From Veleropilina oligotropha (Eukaryota): a stretch of 64,000 nt of DNA. Under the pieces are notes generated by a model. It worked only from the letters and a program-made list of their open reading frames with translations. It had not been told where the DNA came from and ran no database searches. Where the stretch lies: assembly GCA_048128005.1 (NCBI GenBank), contig JBEUKZ010000068.1, forward strand, positions 124,001 through 188,000. The letters run 5' to 3'. Shown in pieces: positions 53,001-57,334 of the stretch. Made by a program: the position numbers and the translations under genes. Positions within the stretch are counted from its first letter, which is position 1; each line of letters starts with the position of its first letter.

Positions 53001-55095
53001 TAACAATACTCAGGTTTTATGTAGCTCATTATTACGCTAATGTCCCATTGCGCTGAATAACAACATTCTGATCTTATGTAGCGCATTACTACGCTAATGT
53101 CCCAATGCGCTAATAACAACACTCAGGTCTTAAGTAGCGCATTATTATGCTAATGTCACAATGCGCTGAATAACAAACCTCCGGTCTTATGTAGCGTGTT
53201 ATTGCGCTAATGTCTCAATGCGTTGAATAACAAACCTCCGGTCTAATATAGCGCATTATTACGCTAATGTCTCAATGCACTGAATAACAACACTCCGGTC
53301 TAATATAGTGCATTATTATGTTAATATATCAATGCGTTGAATAACAACACTCTGGTCTTATGTAGCGCATTATTACGCTAATGTCTCAATGCACTGAATA
53401 ACAACACTCTGGTCTTATGCAACGCATTATTACGCTAATGTCTCAATGCGCTGAATAACAACACTCTGGTCTTATGTAGCACATTATTACGCTAATGCCT
53501 CAATGCACTGAATAACAAACCTCCGGTCTTATGTAGCGCATTATTACGATAATGTCTCAATGCGCTGAATAACAACACTCTGGTCTTATGTAGCGCATTA
53601 CTACGCTAATGTCCCAATGCGTTGAATAACACACCACCAGTCTTTTATAGCACATTATTACGCTAATGCCTCAATGCACTGAATAACAAACCTCCGGTCT
53701 TATGTAGCGCATTATTACGATAATGTCTCAATGCGCTGAATAACAACACTCTGGTCTTATGTAGCGCATTATTACGCTAATGTCTCAATGCGCTAATTAA
53801 CAAACCTCCGGTTTTATGTAGCGCATTATTACGATAATGTCTCAATGCGCTGAATAACAACACTCTGATCTTATATAACGCATTATTCCGCTAATGTCCC
53901 ATTGCGCTGAATAACAACACTCTGGTCTTATGTAGCGCATTATTACGCTAATGTCCCAATGCGCTGAATAACAACACTCTGGTCTTACGTAACGCATTAT
54001 TACGCTAATGTCTCAATGCACTGAATAACAAACCTCCGGTTTTATGTAGCGCATTATTGCGCTAATGCCTCAATGCGCTGAATAACAACACTCTGATGTT
54101 ATGTAATGCATTATCACGCTAATGTGTCAGTGCGCTGAATAACAACACTCTGGTCTTATGTAGCGCATTATTACGCTAATATCTCAATGCCCTGAATAAC
54201 AACACTCCAGTCTTATATAGCGCATTATTACGCTAATGTCTCAATGCACTGAACATTATCACCCCTGGTTATAGGCCTGTCCCACTCAACATGCCATCTC
54301 AACTCCCTCTGGGAGCATTACAGTCATTTACACGCGGGCAGCGCCGTGACATACATAACTGCCAACTAGGTACTCATTCTGATCGGCTGGATTCATCGAG
54401 GCAAATATATGCTTATTTACTTGCTCAAGTGAAATTGCCGAGCTTTGGGGCGAGCGAGAGACTCTGTGACCAGAGGGCCGCTTCGGCAGCGCAGTGGGTA
54501 GTGTCCACTCTAAATTCACTGGCTTGAATCCGCTAATGCGAACAGTAGTGGGTTCAATACCTGGCAGAGGCATTGAAATTTGTTCAAGTTGTGAATCACA
54601 GTTGTCTGCGACTGACCGAAGAGAGCGGGTTTACCCGGGCGACCGGGGTTTCCTCCTGCGATAACACGGACATGTCCTGCCTTGAACCTCGATGTTGTAA
54701 ATATACACGACGTTAAGCATCATTCCTCCCTCCCTGTGACCAGAGTCCTATGAAATACCCACTGAGCGACGATGGCACATAATATATTTGCCTTAATGGA
54801 AGTGACAATAGCAAGTAAAGTTTGAATCTGAAGAAAATAATGAGATTGAGATTTCTTGTGTGCGCTCTCTGTCAACAGTTATAGTCCGATTGTATTTAAA
54901 TTTCATACGCATATTAGTCGTGATGCAATGTCCATAACGATTGTCGTATCCCCATTGGTCGCCATCTTAATATTGCTTCAATAGACTAAAAAATGAAACA
55001 AGACCTGATACTCTAAATACTGTTTTTGCTTATTTTATAGATATATGGCAAAGAGGTTGGATGAAACAGAGGGATTTCGTTTGACGCAACCCGAG
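1944..55095 (+). CDS. Host gene (partial, 12 coding exons seen): PLP-dependent group II decarboxylase, GAD/CSAD/GADL1 (acidic amino-acid decarboxylase) family
   Basis: AG/GT-bounded exons 1944-2080, 4261-4354, 5306-5396, 13263-13369, 13751-13866, 14653-14787, 17176-17292, 17658-17721, 24064(or 24006)-24142, 25495-25576, 26683-26800, 55041-55095. They splice into family motifs [61 protein letters not shown] (PLP Lys), YLYQPDK and FKLWLMWKA. Phases are compatible except at one junction (see findings). The start exon and last exons were not identified. Confidence 0.92.
3761..4205. repeat. (TAATGCA)n microsatellite followed by ~30-bp TTCGGCATAATACTTCATG minisatellite
   Basis: Tandem units visible. 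Confidence 0.9.
4261..4354 (+). CDS. Decarboxylase exon (KILQLDIG...VIKYSVKT-G)
   Basis: tttgtcag| acceptor and |gtgaag donor; KYSVKTG motif. Confidence 0.9.
4724..4990 (+). mobile_element. tRNA-derived SINE family A, copy 1
   Basis: Shared ~260-bp sequence with B-box-like GGGTTCAAACC; homologous to 5-6 other copies in the window. Confidence 0.75.
5306..5396 (+). CDS. Decarboxylase exon ([11 protein letters not shown]...TEALNTS)
   Basis: ttcag| acceptor and |gtaacc donor; HPRFFNQL motif. Confidence 0.92.
5590..5840 (-). repeat. Inverted copy of the 14-bp-microsatellite-bearing repeat found at 11950-13140
   Basis: TATGGAATTTAATCGAGG...CTTAGTG is the reverse complement of the 13108-13140 end; TTCTTCATTCTATA units. 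Confidence 0.7.
5857..9890. mobile_element. ~4-kb non-autonomous DNA transposon with long (several hundred bp) imperfect TIRs
   Basis: TTCAAATGGTAGATAGACATG...GATGAAAAATCAGA at 5857 mirrored at 9890; similarity continues through ~6200 / ~9370; ACA on both flanks. Confidence 0.7.
8552..8745 (-). mobile_element. SINE family A copy (nested in 4-kb TIR element)
   Basis: Reverse-complement homology (GGTTCGAACCCACTACTGTTCG). Confidence 0.7.
11290..11640 (+). mobile_element. tRNA-derived SINE family B with triplicated head
   Basis: Three ~60-bp copies of TGGCCTAGTTGATACGGTGCTGGTCTATTAAAGGGAGG...; tail TAACTGAAATACTGTTGGCGTGGTCGTTAAACATC also present at ~25853-25900. Confidence 0.6.
11950..13140 (+). 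repeat. 14-bp (GAAGAATATAGAAT)n satellite within dispersed repeat
   Basis: Tandem unit read directly. Confidence 0.93.
13263..13369 (+). CDS. Decarboxylase exon ([14 protein letters not shown]...GDGMFVP-G)
   Basis: tttaag| acceptor and |gtaggt donor; EVAPVF and GDGxFxPG motifs. Confidence 0.92.
13751..13866 (+). CDS. Decarboxylase exon ([15 protein letters not shown]...LILFASDQ)
   Basis: ttcag| acceptor and |gtaagg donor; GGxxSN...ARY motif. Confidence 0.9.
14653..14787 (+). CDS. Decarboxylase exon ([15 protein letters not shown]...GRMIP...EAEEQ)
   Basis: ttttag| acceptor and |gttcga donor; HYS (PLP-stacking His) and GRMIP motifs. Confidence 0.92.
15137..17075. repeat. 46/59-bp minisatellite (CTTGCCTTGATTGATGTGCTTACTAAATGTATCAYGGTGTT[AGGGGTTTGCAAT]ATTGG)
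   Basis: Tandem units read directly. Confidence 0.95.
17176..17292 (+). CDS. Decarboxylase exon ([18 protein letters not shown]...WLHVD)
   Basis: ctttag| acceptor and |gtaagt donor; ATxGTTVxGAFDP and WLHVD motifs. Confidence 0.95.
17658..17721 (+). CDS. Decarboxylase exon ([18 protein letters not shown]..), 64 nt, possibly carrying a 1-nt deletion
   Basis: ttttcag| acceptor and |gtgaat donor; AxWGG motif. Confidence 0.85.
17944..18053. repeat. ~110-bp imperfect palindrome (foldback/MITE-like)
   Basis: ATATGCAGGATAGACACAGTTTTTCACC...TGACCATT-C-AATGGTCA...GGTGGAAAACTGTTTCTATCCTGCATAT. Confidence 0.85.
19208..20030. repeat. 48-bp minisatellite (~17 copies)
   Basis: CATCTGCACCGAGATAGCATTGTTGTACGATTGGGTAATGATCATAAA unit; 16-aa periodic ORFs. 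Confidence 0.95.
20510..22770. repeat. Degenerate ~180-190-bp AAAATGGCCGCC-type repeats in inverted arrangement (20510-20830 vs 21620-22770)
   Basis: Recurring TTTTCAAAATGGCC(G)CC / GGCGGCCATTTTGAAAA motifs on opposite strands. Confidence 0.6.
24064..24142 (+). CDS. Decarboxylase exon with PLP-binding lysine ([19 protein letters not shown]...HK)
   Basis: ADSxxWNxHK motif; |gtatac donor; acceptor is either 24063 or 24005. Confidence 0.9.
25495..25576 (+). CDS. Decarboxylase exon ([28 protein letters not shown])
   Basis: ttgcag| acceptor and |gtaaaa donor; YLxQxDK catalytic loop. Confidence 0.9.
25922..26192 (+). mobile_element. SINE family A copy
   Basis: Homology to 4724-4990. Confidence 0.8.
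26683..26800 (+). CDS. Decarboxylase exon ([23 protein letters not shown]...NA-K)
   Basis: tttcag| acceptor and |gtaata donor; FKLWLMWKA motif. Confidence 0.92.
27020..27854. repeat. 57-bp satellite, left part (interrupted by the viral element)
   Basis: AATGCGCTGAATAACAACACTCTGGTCTTATRTAGCGCATTATTACGCTAATGTCTC unit. Confidence 0.95.
27855..28289 (+). repeat. Left TIR of the element (outer 134 bp identical to right TIR, near-identical to ~28110, degenerate to ~28289)
   Basis: Direct comparison with the reverse complement of 43603-44038; contains an internal ~149-bp duplication. Confidence 0.95.
28377..28515. promoter_or_regulatory. Cluster of heat-shock-element-like and CACGT (HRE/G-box-like) motifs just inside left TIR
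   Basis: Perfect tGAAc-tTTCt-aGAAa at 28486-28500; near-perfect nTTCn-nGAAn arrays at 28377-28401 and 28445-28459; CCACGT three times; TATA-like sequence near 28418. Confidence 0.45.
29103..29534 (-). CDS. Putative secreted Cys-rich accessory protein (143 aa)
   Basis: ATG start; signal-peptide-like N-terminus ([18 protein letters not shown]); Cys-rich C-terminal half. Confidence 0.6.
   Translation of the reverse strand: MKSMKSMLLCIAAVCWLGGVSTQASTHNTALILEHTWTRYRNHPRYNPRFDHLRRNLLLRPGRDPTPDVSPPSCHYFIIGDNDCSPATPRDTVTCVQCSTPSLCPGKNGEYYTMLSGCFGVWRKVGQISPCNCTLISGNYIFI
29617..30252 (-). CDS. Polinton/adintovirus-type coiled-coil + hydrophobic-hairpin membrane protein ('gasderminX'-like), 211 aa, with N-terminal PSAP/LYPxL
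   Basis: Two hydrophobic helices followed by [17 protein letters not shown]...KALSDGxxSDDEF, a motif recalled from Polinton-associated ORFs; start placed at the ATG overlapping the upstream stop. Confidence 0.75.
   Translation of the reverse strand: MMDNKPSAPTLYPQLGDDVPSELHEAQSFRLQKVNELQGQLERERDARAALYKKYRRGVNVVDGIDNGLVVATLGMGSAGIGLLSTIVAAPVVLVLELAALGCGLASMGGKYISRRLGVKAKKHDEIRVLADSKLNTITDHVSKALSDGVMSDDEFQLVTGEMEKYQAMKASIRDKSRKAHTAISQTQSELIERGRLEGRAELLKKIGAGD
30249..30599 (-). CDS. Hypothetical protein (116 aa)
   Basis: ATG overlaps penton stop (ATGA), and its own stop overlaps the next ATG; it fills the gap exactly. Confidence 0.6.
   Translation of the reverse strand: MSSIYGTLLADEPSSPPTRWHFVLNCGVAPNKGLARREFMFPNTRGRFGLNPALLMIHLTPVQPAGGPKACSISKLSLDSDKLTLAFVIKAPWVGTLYLNVTVDILNKQAEQYSHV
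30596..31336 (-). CDS. Minor capsid protein / penton (single jelly roll)
   Basis: 246 aa, beta-rich; PGxY motif; C-terminal ..STILAVVP...[29 protein letters not shown] pattern typical of Polinton minor capsid proteins. Confidence 0.8.
   Translation of the reverse strand: MFHTLTNVQEGTAVALLEPIDNRDGKLCVSLQSLDYWVGWHNVHAGAFFKTPDTTVDVAPGFYSFDDLAKTMKRSLVNLQLDVSHATGLARIVVPEGTRLAISDDIRKLLGLDLSSFILDKAGNLNQPVRGVQGQPPPPPERSEWLRPGTYDGNKPVGFAIAPTLHVHLEQLSTTHNVQDGAPSTILAVVPITSQMFGEAGHYHSYPAGRRLQAGLITELKVYITDSDGKPLDNHGMPISAVLAIQ
31344..32627 (+). CDS. Conserved-looking hypothetical protein (427 aa) with C-terminal transmembrane anchor
   Basis: Long ATG ORF; Pro/Ala-rich linker, then [17 protein letters not shown] at the C-terminus. 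Confidence 0.8.
   Translation: MAKSAFAFNRSAAYPTGVVYPAKIKDEQLTRPSINVGNSSTTTFGATYPDVFQKYRLPHVASDGLIRDWNSTPMRFWQNKVNFAVWCATTGSGISSEDHLNATDPLSTAVFTFHVYYQVRRILSEIQAPLPQDRTWDAFDNPYDRRAYEKICSEFGVSPHTDWRVKGPNGGLGTAYSYWTNNGYHPIGRDYDPSRMSFTKGTTNTNLHVDYIAQAPALKNGWATFILDRSVGFTRAGVERLNDSIRTYVWAILGAQAQTRASILGSGTAFDAQKQFLANVEDAIASPVDLPAAIKRYQEVLQYARSKVDFVFGVGLYMAPSNMLLRIGQVAGYNNEIVVATEDQTLGLNTTVNAANPVPHNATGDTGETGLVIPQDADASIPVVTPKHPSSLPAVASVAAVPAAHDEEKTALIVGGIVVGLAFIWLT
32620..33933 (-). CDS. Hypothetical coiled-coil membrane protein (437 aa)
   Basis: Acidic N-terminus (FENPAF), heptad-rich middle, TM segment ([21 protein letters not shown]), Pro linker, then amphipathic/hydrophobic helices. Confidence 0.8.
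   Translation of the reverse strand: MAKFENPAFEPDDLIDNDDTIIDDTDVDLSTDRFMPVLSERPQEGTSSLQQELVQGVVDDYYKALAQEGQTPATGRDYSKFKYVRGKLGRGGKLVMTDYPDINLINSRTGNPLALSTIAGRPGGGDAIREGLGFVHWTRGEKKLASKAVAVLQAADTELSGAAANVENVELRDLGQTATDASVAIHTMETKFTDTEVEEILGTMGDPPLNLRELRGLDKAMQTIRGELTNNLAKLTALDEHIELEKMKLDQADEEGGVDEFIRRRIAERLRDLNDERAARLEAASSSREALRSQISRIREMISRILNTDTTLAERIRTLFREQGVTIATILTAIGLAISTLVLALTGGAPSIPPTPPPPSGQGGVKEWVKKQLKTLGRILGKLAGKAAAALPGILGSLVSWLINLIGKTASWLAENLWALVISVGGLLLIAARQWVT
33970..35271 (+). CDS. Major capsid protein (probable double jelly roll, hexon-like), 433 aa
   Basis: Size, beta-strand-rich pattern ([34 protein letters not shown]) and position directly upstream of the packaging ATPase; first ATG at 33970. 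Confidence 0.8.
   Translation: MTSVYGRKLNPYRRLREPLAVKGIRQSVTITNNPSTIAPNQQLLVRFPNLGANDVIVPGTAHLAFTISLTSVNANRTVVQNIGRAVIRKTTIKISGNEIMSIDDSDVYHCYRDLWKTTGERKNAQYQGIDTSDGHNTTKHRVGAADAFRLSEDVAVAAAYGNRFRIPLDFELLESHMPFYQSALGDRLEYELTFNDYSRTIRETDDSGSSYSIDNISLEYDMVTQSELARRIRNQYQGQLVILYDRVLRHRKLTLDKSDSLWNMNVNVPARSMKGILLLFEDPARDAAPFSRDTEAFYNPKITKVEVTIEGVPNQIYSQGMRTYQIWEEAKKMFASGCSKRHPEVAMVAKDLALADVTLGEFLTKKFALWIDMRVTDDDQLHGSGRRVENASEGITIQITKTAEAAGPLNVYEFVIMDAQLNIENGRFVEALY
35243..35875 (+). CDS. A32/FtsK-HerA family genome-packaging ATPase
   Basis: Walker A GQTGCGKT, Walker B YIIDD, arginine-finger SGRH and TQxY motifs. Confidence 0.92.
   Translation: MADSSKHCTKRFPHTKDPHSAIICGQTGCGKTVFMLELLEGEYRGVFRHIVILCPTIKYNKAYQSCPWIWTDPEVYLVPPGERLHDWLRGFYRLFQGESTLYIIDDCAASKAMAKKRDMLTLLAFSGRHASQSVWVVTQKYNSVLKELREQTRWVALFHCKDRDSFEDCLRENDVIPSQDERTAVRRLLSETRHAKLLLKTDQPVAYSVL
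35929..36690 (+). CDS. Hypothetical protein (up to 253 aa), N-terminal hydrophobic segment
   Basis: ATG ORF in co-oriented cluster; alternative start at MDSLID. Confidence 0.7.
   Translation: MSDAVYIAFAFSQSLILLLLVTLWYWHYRYIRLARRCWKRLRMDSLIDQLMDDEEETTVSSSSPRSTTKRCSQHEEPETGSIGVAKKRERLAALAVGGQAHRYMGRNLTVDRIDDMTDDEVEKHHARYEAKLGADMTKTLGAAAIQLYAGAAGMFLPIPPANQLRLIADLEADPFISHALTTASCELYYKYGMYLAPLTAALTTAKHCQFGHVCPPKIPDQDDNAGSGPSDRETADREPADREGDFFDGLISE
36593..37084 (+). CDS. Hypothetical basic/membrane protein ([10 protein letters not shown] motif, one TM helix), ~163 aa
   Basis: ATG at 36593; Lys/Arg-rich helix, then [15 protein letters not shown]; overlaps the previous ORF. Confidence 0.65.
   Translation: MTTPEVDQVIERQPIESQPIERVTSSTDSSVSKKDPKKVAAGRAGAAARKAKQEKLLAAVRKMKEDLSAPTSVVVPSEQPGEAVPAAERPCAPDTRKSDPFNWTQVAVAAGTVALVFVVWKTSSERSNPGPSTPHQQPPDADARCSRAAPTIELKKQNPFHMQ
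37121..37360 (+). CDS. Small hydrophobic protein (79 aa)
   Basis: ATG ORF with two hydrophobic stretches, in co-oriented cluster. Confidence 0.7.
   Translation: MTTPITDGKMLGNAVYHAAIVSGLAIGYARLTKMVFKGASPKLDFTGYDVGMVVLDVSLAMATKDMLIKQGIIPADILK
37392..37820 (+). CDS. Membrane protein with N- and C-terminal hydrophobic helices (142 aa)
   Basis: [18 protein letters not shown]...ERKRHD coiled coil...[16 protein letters not shown]. Confidence 0.75.
   Translation: MASIAMLVGGALVNALAFSGSNFLFSKLRSSGVDAERKRHDIAVEQLNAAQTKWSQQRAERLDWLNVELRRQGHAVGTFRDVDAAIREYALITGKNLDPDLGGGPEPALSDYYTPSDAQKGREITFIILGMAATGLVAYKLA
37862..38083 (+). CDS. Hypothetical small protein (73 aa)
   Basis: ATG ORF filling the gap before integrase; stop overlaps the integrase start. 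Confidence 0.4.
   Translation: MGLPEELYCAMLAVGYSTTLLDCWRRDEKTMVRFAVLVLSGPTNLRATTAQRPAPEAEACWRLISLLEYIADG
38076..39074 (+). CDS. Retroviral-type (RVE) DDE integrase, Polinton/c-integrase type, 332 aa
   Basis: HQADLL (D), [17 protein letters not shown] (D), [10 protein letters not shown] (E); N-terminal YYSPKG motif; no chromodomain visible at C-terminus. Confidence 0.95.
   Translation: MDSKLARMYYSPKGYWKGIAAIKKLADAAKASEVEARTWLKRQAIWQIYLPAPRRIPRPKFDVVTPNEVHQADLLFLPHDKVRHKTYKYALTVVDVASRFKEAEPLVTKEAKGVAEALARIYRRSPLGWPKLLQVDPGREFMGAVSQLLAKNNVEVRRGRVDIHRDQGIVERFNRTLAERLFGHQYATEMRFAESAKEGQRSTEWVARLAAVVAALNGEVTRLTGKKPKDAIKAPRVAQKPGATVPGRQGKEQKLPSDVDVRYLYYDGELEGGHRRATDPVWSLKVYRLGRSVTKPDEPVLYYLLDGPPRGFVREELLVVPRDTQLPPVLRR
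39064..42900 (-). CDS. Multidomain replication protein: helical N-term + vOTU-like + divergent PolB core + SF1B helicase + HNH nuclease (1278 aa)
   Basis: PolB-like motifs DMKACYP, SIIGKF and ATDSIY; helicase motifs [37 protein letters not shown] and YLAVSR; CAAC...[11 protein letters not shown]...N...CLECN; first ATG at 42900. Confidence 0.88.
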   Translation of the reverse strand: MDDLRNLAKDYGIPARSKLKKHDLIRAIARVRAAEFRSRLERAMKTGRFPSIRGDVENPHKRGRRARELRQIKDEVDAALQARKYESQAEKNPRIRLKPLRAIADRIVKRSRKETLAHAIARKGPDLLISKTPRTAQDYQKDLLGQFTTPEGQRFIDLDDQVPPPVRLPAKEPWVELLSDAKDEFEVDGAAAAFSTWRVEVAGRLALDARMTDARAAQLLTALPKGEYVLRIKFLREWGEGDWVVEDKFDPVKAARKKGQGVFEISQDTKPGAITGVDKVYYENAYPVTAVVYGVYPLREPNPANLVPMKNGDLNCVAQRVVEHFEGALRGHGLTPTRRQKILEWEERVHVTGATVDDIATLEKILKRAITLRDIAGEDIYNSGKYQASMWKSIELICHNGHAWSKDLHFPQSREVHLYEGDVWEAIRQATQNEPLAVWLLGGKDRQLGVDQFVLQDGRTYRTKETHEILQEACTALGNESLADRAFGVNHAASIMAKETNGWKPTPAGLLDDIQKACVEHGHGGLWNSMNYDTGDVCCIDMKACYPASFLGKGEAKPYFERFGHPTHSMTRVAINGPLPREIGTGFAEVVEWEFAQDIHPVIPAWFGKHFAEMSWAPTPLLAFLIESGLLKSLKIREAIIAFKNQLDVWLPPDRDQGCSIIGKFTQGAKADGKRLTRRLVTDQGELDFLVRDTRQSGTLVGAPQRCPMGHILTYYDGSQPQYAHLRASMLAYAHINLLSMLQRFSAAEAVRVATDSIYLKKASLEKLDDVTVYVAPRLCGCGEKSCISCLIAEPYLPPVAPAQWRDKGEQLYMPQEHAAYLPKPEYCCAANSSQPSTAPCYNDTLTHHRLSYLNGGGGCGKTTRAIELFRARNPVVFTPTHRLAKEMRTRGVKAQTYHSFFRWSGQNDWTPDRMGQKFIPRVIIWDEVCTVPRAILEMFLDWLGRHEVQVICCGDQGQPPPITGEMPHDWLRKTADYYEEIEVDYRAKDDPALQALKRRIRLQPDKVQCDEMRRTLPSCLGWDRFVNTWKPGDLILTSRQKVRERAQELLLQRHKEHFPDSMVPILYHPRDSRKQNIVVTIPGTSDREELVLNDVVEVTIEAAERAILTPDWRLGYALTIHSSQGLTIHDPQKVWIIDDYLQWSNLAYLAVSRVELLRQLERVTCPPDEGSEDKPRPQTEQQLRKTIQKKLVAYKRQDQATGLPGFNLKVDDILRLREAQNNRCAACNIELLWAYSPKDTQQFSVDRVDNSRGHTRDNVRLTCLECNRKRGFAVVNA
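42949..43242 (-). CDS. Small zinc-finger protein (97 aa)
   Basis: C-x10-C-x3-C-x4-C-x2-H followed by CSKC...CKGC and a basic tail. Confidence 0.7.
   Translation of the reverse strand: MITAINMWGTDTCQWLTISSTELCGKRCLNTYCKVHLARQRRNGRGTKPCSKCGKGVFNRLTLCKGCGYKSENGMDWQRKKRAFEREFLRMAAIYHA
43270..43551 (+). CDS. Hypothetical basic protein (93 aa)
   Basis: ATG ORF next to right TIR, divergent from the Zn-finger gene; no motif recognised. Confidence 0.35.
   Translation: MTLRYRARCTVRNNRHVRRCVVILESNMPQEDIITLYSERSFRRVKNLLNRGYNVLIVVLDNGEQAIYKKKTKDGRKGVARNQTHPPCYCSHN
43603..44038 (-). repeat. Right TIR of the element
   Basis: Reverse complement of left end; ends ...CCCCCCCTGCTGCT followed by TSD GCCCT (44039-44043). 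Confidence 0.95.
44039..54252. repeat. 57-bp satellite, right part (~10 kb) with ~4.1-kb higher-order duplication
   Basis: Same unit; diagnostic variants recur ~4.09-4.15 kb apart. Confidence 0.97.
54253..54455 (-). mobile_element. SINE family C body (tail amplified as the 57-bp satellite)
   Basis: CATTATCACCCCTGG...GGCCTGT...TCTCAACTCCCTCTG...GCCAACTAGGTAC...GATCGGCTGG; homologous to 56475-56700. Confidence 0.65.
54476..54733 (+). mobile_element. SINE family A copy
   Basis: Homology to other copies; flanked by CTGTGACCAGAG direct repeat (possible TSD). Confidence 0.8.
55041..55095 (+). CDS. Decarboxylase exon ([18 protein letters not shown])
   Basis: ttttatag| acceptor and |gtaaat donor; phase matches exon ending 26800; Y....I...EGF motif of the family. 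Confidence 0.8.
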
Positions 55096-56474
55096 GTAAA
55101 TGTATTTATTGGTTTAATGCTATAGTGGAGCGGATATGTGACAAAAGAGGGCCAATATATTCACTTTGGCAGAAAGTGTGAAACTTTGCTCGGTTTTAAG
55201 ATCTGCTGATTGCATAAAAATAGGGAAACAAGCGATTAGAAAAATAAGATTAAAAGTAGTTATGACGGAGGATAATATATTTTTTTTAAATGTAACTTAT
55301 TTTCCTTCCACTACTTATTATCGTTAAATTTCTGTATAAAATATATGCAAAAATAGTACAGCGCACATTTATTGTATTATACGAGGTCATAATTGTGATA
55401 TAAATGTATAGAAGTTATATCAGCAGTGTGCCGCACCGGTAGCCTTGTGGTCTCGAGTGGCGACTCGGAAATCACCGATTTGTCTGCTCTCAGACTATCA
55501 GGAGAGCGGCGGAATATTGTTTGGGGGACTTTGCATTCCTTGTTCAGTTGTTTTCCATAACTGACCGGAAATGTTTCCGGGATTTGGCCTAGTTTGAACC
55601 TGAAGGTTATAAATATACACAACATTAAACATCGATCCATCGATATCAGTTCAGAACTTTGTTTTTACACCTACAATTTCTTTTCGGATAACATACAAGG
55701 GGTTATATTGTCCTAAATGAAACGTCCACGATTCTTCCAATTAGCGAACACAATACCACCACAACCGTAGATTCCTTTGGAATAATCGACAATTTATATA
55801 AAGGAAAACTTGATTAAGTCAGTGAACATATTCGTAGCATTATATTATATGATATAAATGTCCTCGGCTTCGTCTTGAACAATTAAATCAATGAATATAA
55901 TATTACTCATACATTCACCTTGACATAACCTTGTTTGTTCAAATCTTACTCAAAGAAATCCTAATTGAAAGCCAAGACAAAGATGATCAGCATCAAGAGT
56001 GATATACAGCTGCTTCCTATAATATATATTTATATATATATTTATTTATATTTATATATACTACCAGACAAAAGAAAGTATACACCTTAAGTATATGTCC
56101 ATTAAATGGACAATACTGAAAATAATATGGGCGATATGTGAATAACGGAAGGCATATAATTCAGCGATAAATACACATGAGGTCAATTTAGAAATTTGCA
56201 GTCGATTTTGTCGTCTCTAAAAAGGCATCTCAAAGGTTATTAACAAGCTTTATGTGTATTCAGTGGCGTGGTTCTAAATATGCTTGAACACGCAACGGCA
56301 TTGGATTCGTTAATCTCCAGGTGACGTCATTAGGGATTATCGTCCACCCATTAAGACATGCCTGCTCAAGCTGAAGTTTTTTGGTCGGGATCATGTCCGT
56401 CTTTCCGCTGATTAAGGTTATCCCATATATAATGTGAAGATTTATCTGCGATTCCCCACACATACGAGATACAT

Positions 56475-56700
56475 GCTCAAAGCGCTTACATTATTATTCC
56501 CTGGTTTTTGGCCTGTTCATTCAATATTCTTTCTCAACTCTCTCTGAGAGTATTACGGCCAAGTACATGCCTGTTCTGACATATTCTGCTACTGCCAACC
56601 AGGTACCCATTTATATCTCGGATCGGCTGGGTGAACCGAGGCAATATATTCTTAATTCCTTGTCCAAGGGAAGTCGCCGGGATCAGGGTTGAACCCCAAA
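56475..56700 (-). mobile_element. SINE family C copy (unamplified tail)
   Basis: CTCAAAGCGCTTACATTATTATTCCCTGG... homologous to 54240-54450. Confidence 0.6.
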
Positions 56701-57131
56701 CCTCTGTAAATATACAGGACATAAGCATCGATTCAATCCAATCAGATTTTATGTAACACAGTGAGTCTGGAGATATACAAGTCATTTAGTGTGACTGTCT
56801 CGAATGGGCACCACATTTTTATAGTACACAATCACTAAAGAATTTCATTGATCATAATCGAACAAAAACGGATGCATCTCATGCAATCAATCTGATGCAA
56901 ATTTGATCATATCTACAATTTGTTGCACTAAATAACAGACTTCTTTGGTCATATTTCATCATATGATGAAACATACATGATCATATTTTAAATTTTACAT
57001 ATCATCAGGTGGTATCAAGATACACCAAATCATATAATTATATGTAACAAGATGGAAATATGTGCCATGCATTCAGTGAAAAGCATTGACCAAAATCTGC
57101 ATGCATTGTTCGTAAAAAATTCCATTCACTG

Positions 57132-57334
57132 GAAAGGGAAGGAACGTGGGAGGAAAGCCTGGCCGCCCAGGCAAACCCGCCCTCTCCGACCAGCTACGGA
57201 CAAATGTGATTCATAATTTGAACAAATGTGTGCTGCCCCTGCCGAGGTTTGAACCCACTACTGTTCGCATCAGCAGAATCAAGTCAGTGATTTTCGGAGT
57301 CCACAATTGATACCACTGTACTGGCGAAGCGGCC
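57132..57334 (-). mobile_element. SINE family A copy
   Basis: Reverse-complement homology. Confidence 0.75.
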
